Below are positions 60,274-64,000 of a DNA stretch of 64,000 nucleotides, in pieces (position 1 is the first letter of the stretch; every line of letters starts with the position of its first letter). The notes beneath the pieces are model-generated. The model did no database searches. It was not told the DNA's origin and worked only from the letters and a program-made list of their open reading frames with translations. The translations under genes and the position numbers were made by a program. Origin of the DNA: Squalus acanthias (lineage: Eukaryota); NCBI GenBank assembly GCA_030390025.1, contig CM059433.1, positions 15,874,001 to 15,938,000 of the forward strand, written 5' to 3'.

Positions 60274-62290
60274 TGAAGGGATTATTACTAGTCCTAGCCC
60301 CTTTAGGGCTACCCCAGATCAGACGTATTCCCCAGACGTTCACTTTCAACTCAAGTTTGAGGTAGCCGAATCCTAAAGACGCTTAATTGGGTCTAAAGGT
60401 CCAGACTATCTCTCCCTAAAGGAAAGCAACAACCTGAAGATGTTACCGTCCTCCAGATAGTACTTTTAATAAGTTTAGCTAGACTGTAACCTTCCGGATA
60501 TTATGAGGGTCCGGGAAACTTCCCCAGAATTCTGCAACTCCTCACCAAAGAGTGTACAAAGATTGAGTTCACGAGTTTGATACAGAAGTATTATGTGAGA
60601 CAATTCTAAAGATACATAGGCCTAGAAATTCGATTCGGAGGCTTGCCGCGGGGGTAAGGATCGCGCGCGATATCACCTACCGCGTCTGCCGTCCTTGTTT
60701 GCCCCCGCAGGAACTTTGGGTCCTGGGCCTCTCCCTAGTGCCGGCACACAGTGCTTGCGTGTTCCAGGGGCGCAGTTAGTGCGATGCGACCCCTGGGATC
60801 ACGTGGGCCATGGAGAGCCAATGGCAGCAGACCATCTTTCATTCATAGATTTGACAGGAGACCTGTCAAATCTGTGAATTGAAATCGGCCCCAAAAGAAC
60901 AGCTAAACCTCAAATAAATTTTTAAAAAAACCATCACATTAATAAAATAACTATAGTTAAATAAATTAACCACTTTAAACAAAAATTTACATTTTTGAAA
61001 AAATTAAAATACTTTTTAAAAGTTATAAAAATAAACTTACCTTTCTTTAAAGTCTCTAAAAAAGATAAACCTGTTGAAAAAAATTTAAAATTATACTTAA
61101 TTAACTACTTACCTTGTTCAAAATGGGTCTTACGCTTCCTTTTTACTTGTGTAGAATCTTCCATACTTACCCTCGCGTTGAAACCTGAAAAAAAACCTAA
61201 GTGTGCTGCGTGCATGCAGCCTCTAGTGCGCACACGGTTCACCTAGGAACCGCCCCCTTCGCCATACTGGAAGTGCCGGTTTCCCGCGCATGCGCAGTGC
61301 ATGCAGGAAACCAGCACTTCGGGAATGAATATGGGTGAGTACGCACTGAGTACTCACCCGAGAACGGCCGAATTTTTGGGCCATAGATTTATTAAAGAAC
61401 CGACATGTAATTACAGTTCCAAAAACAAAAAGCTTTCAATTCTATTATCAGAGATCCTTATTCTCAAATCTTGAACTTTGCTACAGTTTTACAGTTCTTA
61501 GTCTTATTCAGAATATCCACCAAAATCAAATACAGTACCGTTGATCCCCGAGATACAAAGAGTTGTCGACTTACAGAGCCTGCCTCTGAAGCCGAGAATC
61601 GCTTTGCCCCTTTACAGCTAATCTATCATCCCATTTGAAAGTTCAATATTTATATCCTTTCTCAGTGGTATTTCCTTTGAAGTTTTCTGCTGATGTAAGC
61701 TAATTATCTCTAGTCATTTTTCTGCTGAACCCTGCTATTCTTTCAGTCACCTCAGCTGGTAGCAATGCAGACTCATGTCTCTCCTTTAGGTGTTCGAAGC
61801 TTATCATAAAAAACGGTGTAACAGCAGGTGCATCTATTTGATGTCATTTTTACCAAGGTCTTCTGTTTGTGTCTTTTTACGACATGTAAATTAAAACACC
61901 TCAACCAGGGTGATCTATGCAATTCTTAGTACCTCACCTGGTTGCAACATAGAATCGTGTCTCCTGTGTTTCATTTGATGTCATTTTTATGAAGGCATAT
62001 GTTTCTTAATTTTATGTGTTTCTTTCCGAAGTGTAATTTAGAACACCTTAACAGGGTGTACCATTGTGTTCTTTCCAAAGCTTCAGACTTCAGGAGCCTT
62101 TAACCTTCTGTTTCAATAAGGTTATTGATTCAGTGTCAACAACTTATCTTATCTCAATAGCCTGTATGCCGTTTACAGCTTTAGATTGTTGAGGCTTCCA
62201 GATTTCCAAACCCAGTTTGTTATGTTTTAATAAAGCCAGAATTATTTCATAGAATGGTGTATTTTTCTGAATATGGCTTATTCCTTCATA
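60274..62290 (-). mobile_element. Solo LTR, family B copy 3, with a nested MITE
   Basis: Reverse-complement homology to 52116-53263 and ACAG TSD (60270-60273/62291-62294). Confidence 0.82.
60619..61382. mobile_element. TIR element (MITE) nested in the solo LTR
   Basis: TIRs GGCCTAGAAATTCG / CGAATTTTTGGGCC and ATA TSD. The LTR sequence rejoins across it. Confidence 0.75.
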
Positions 62291-62794
62291 ACAGTGTATA
62301 TTTATTAATATTTTATGTGCCAGGTAGGTCTCCAAAAAATGCTTGAACTGCATTAGGGACGGAATCAGGGAAAGGACACTGGATTGGGTTTTGACCACTG
62401 CAACCATCTTTTCTTCTCTCCTGTTAGTGAAACTGCCTGCAGCATGAAAGGACTGGCTTCACAGGATAGAAAAACTAGATTCTCAGGGTTTGCTTTCCAA
62501 TGGGACTTTGATTTTCAGCTAAAAAAAACATTGGGAATCCTTGCTGACTTTGATATGTTGTGAAGGGCATACATTTTTAATGAGTCAAAATCCTTCATCC
62601 TGTAAGTGTTGAGAATAGAGGCATGAAAAGCAGAATTTTAAAAAATATTTTTAGAAAGTTATAAGAATGTGCCCATACAACGTTTGCGTATGATGTTGAT
62701 GTACGTAGGCTTTGTTAACTTCTTTAATGATTTTCGTACATCATTTTGCAGTCGCATAAAGAGGAGGCATCTCCAATGCAGTTTTATATATGCA

Positions 62795-63105
62795 TTCTCG
62801 GGATATGGGCATCGCTGGCAAGGCCAACATTTAATGCCCATCCCTAGTTGCCCTTGAGAAGGGGTGGTGAGCCGCCTTCTTGAACCGCTGTAGTCTGTGT
62901 GGTGAAGGTGCTCCCACAGTGCTGTTAGGGAGGGAGTTCCAGGATTTTGATCCAGCGACGATGAAGGAACGGCGATATTCGTAAAAGTCGGGATGGTGTG
63001 TGACTTAGAGGGGAACTTGCAGGTGATGATGTTGCCATGCCCTGTTGCCCTTGTCCTTCTAGTTGATGGAGGTCACAGACTTGGGAGGCGCTGTCGAAGA
63101 AGGTC
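62795..63105 (-). mobile_element. LINE family A 3' tail fragment
   Basis: Homologous to 31625-31935. Confidence 0.8.
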
Positions 63106-64000
63106 CAAATAGAATTACTACAGTTGCAGTAGATACAGAAGTGGGGAGGGTTAGAGTCAGGCGAGAGACAATCAGGTTGTCAACCACTATGATATTTGCC
63201 TGCCTGAACTTTGTCTTTGACCCTACCATGAATTACAGAAGCAGGAAAGTGAAGCAAATTCGGTCGCTCCTTCCTGTGAATTTCCGAAACCCCCCCAAAA
63301 AAGTTCAATTCACTTTTACTTGCTTCACAATGTTTATGGTGCAGAGAGCACTGAATTATCCAAATTCTTTTGTGGCCTCAAGTCCTATGTGTTACTCTAA
63401 ATACTGTATCTCCTGCCAGCTCCTTAGTGAGCTCAGATAATCACTGTGGGTGCACCAACACATTTCTAGGTTCAACTAAAGTTACCGACCACCTTTAAGG
63501 AGCCAAGATCTGGCATAATAACTATCTGTCAACCAAAACTCCGTCATGTCAGTGCAGAAGTGATCACCTCCAGGTGGTGGTATTGCTGCAGTTTCCCATT
63601 GTGGTAGCTGCTTTATAACTGCCGGCCAGCTTTATCACAACACAGTAGGGTGCCATGTATCACATTATCTGCACAGTTTCGTTCTCTGCTTCATAATTTA
63701 CAACATTCCCTCATCTGTAGCTTCTGCTGACATGACTGCCAAAGGGAACCAGTTAATTCTATTGTTACCACACTCCTAGAAATCAAGTGAAGCACAACAC
63801 ATGTGCAGCGCTGTCCAATAAATCTGCTGGTACTTGTTATGTACTGCCATGCCATAGTCAATTCTTTAACATCAGTACCTTTACTTACTCAATAAAGTAA
63901 GTACAAGAGGGACATTCAGAATTAGCATTCATTACCCTTGGTGAGTTTAGAGTAGTGATCTAGGACACATTGTTAGCACCACGTTAGTTATCTGGCTTAA

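Overview
This is repeat-dense vertebrate genomic DNA. Its repeat content (CR1 LINEs with (TTTCTATG)n tails, tRNA-headed Deu-type SINEs, Penelope fragments) suggests a cartilaginous fish, which is an inference. I could not recognise any host gene. The centrepiece is a structurally complete, apparently very young endogenous retrovirus at 23078-30723. It has two 516-bp LTRs that read as identical, a 5-bp TCCAG target-site duplication (TSD), an 18-nt tRNA-Ser(GCU) primer-binding site, and a leader containing a 68-bp tandem hairpin array. Its gag is intact with two CCHC knuckles, and an intact PR-RT-tether-RNaseH-IN pol follows in the same frame behind a single TGA. Only fragments of a probable env remain. 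Around it are five long solo LTRs from two other families (3-4-bp TSDs), CR1 and L2 fragments, a single-ORF LINE with a tRNA-like 5' head, Penelope fragments carrying minimal hammerhead ribozymes, and PIF/Harbinger derivatives and MITEs. Many of these are nested inside one another.
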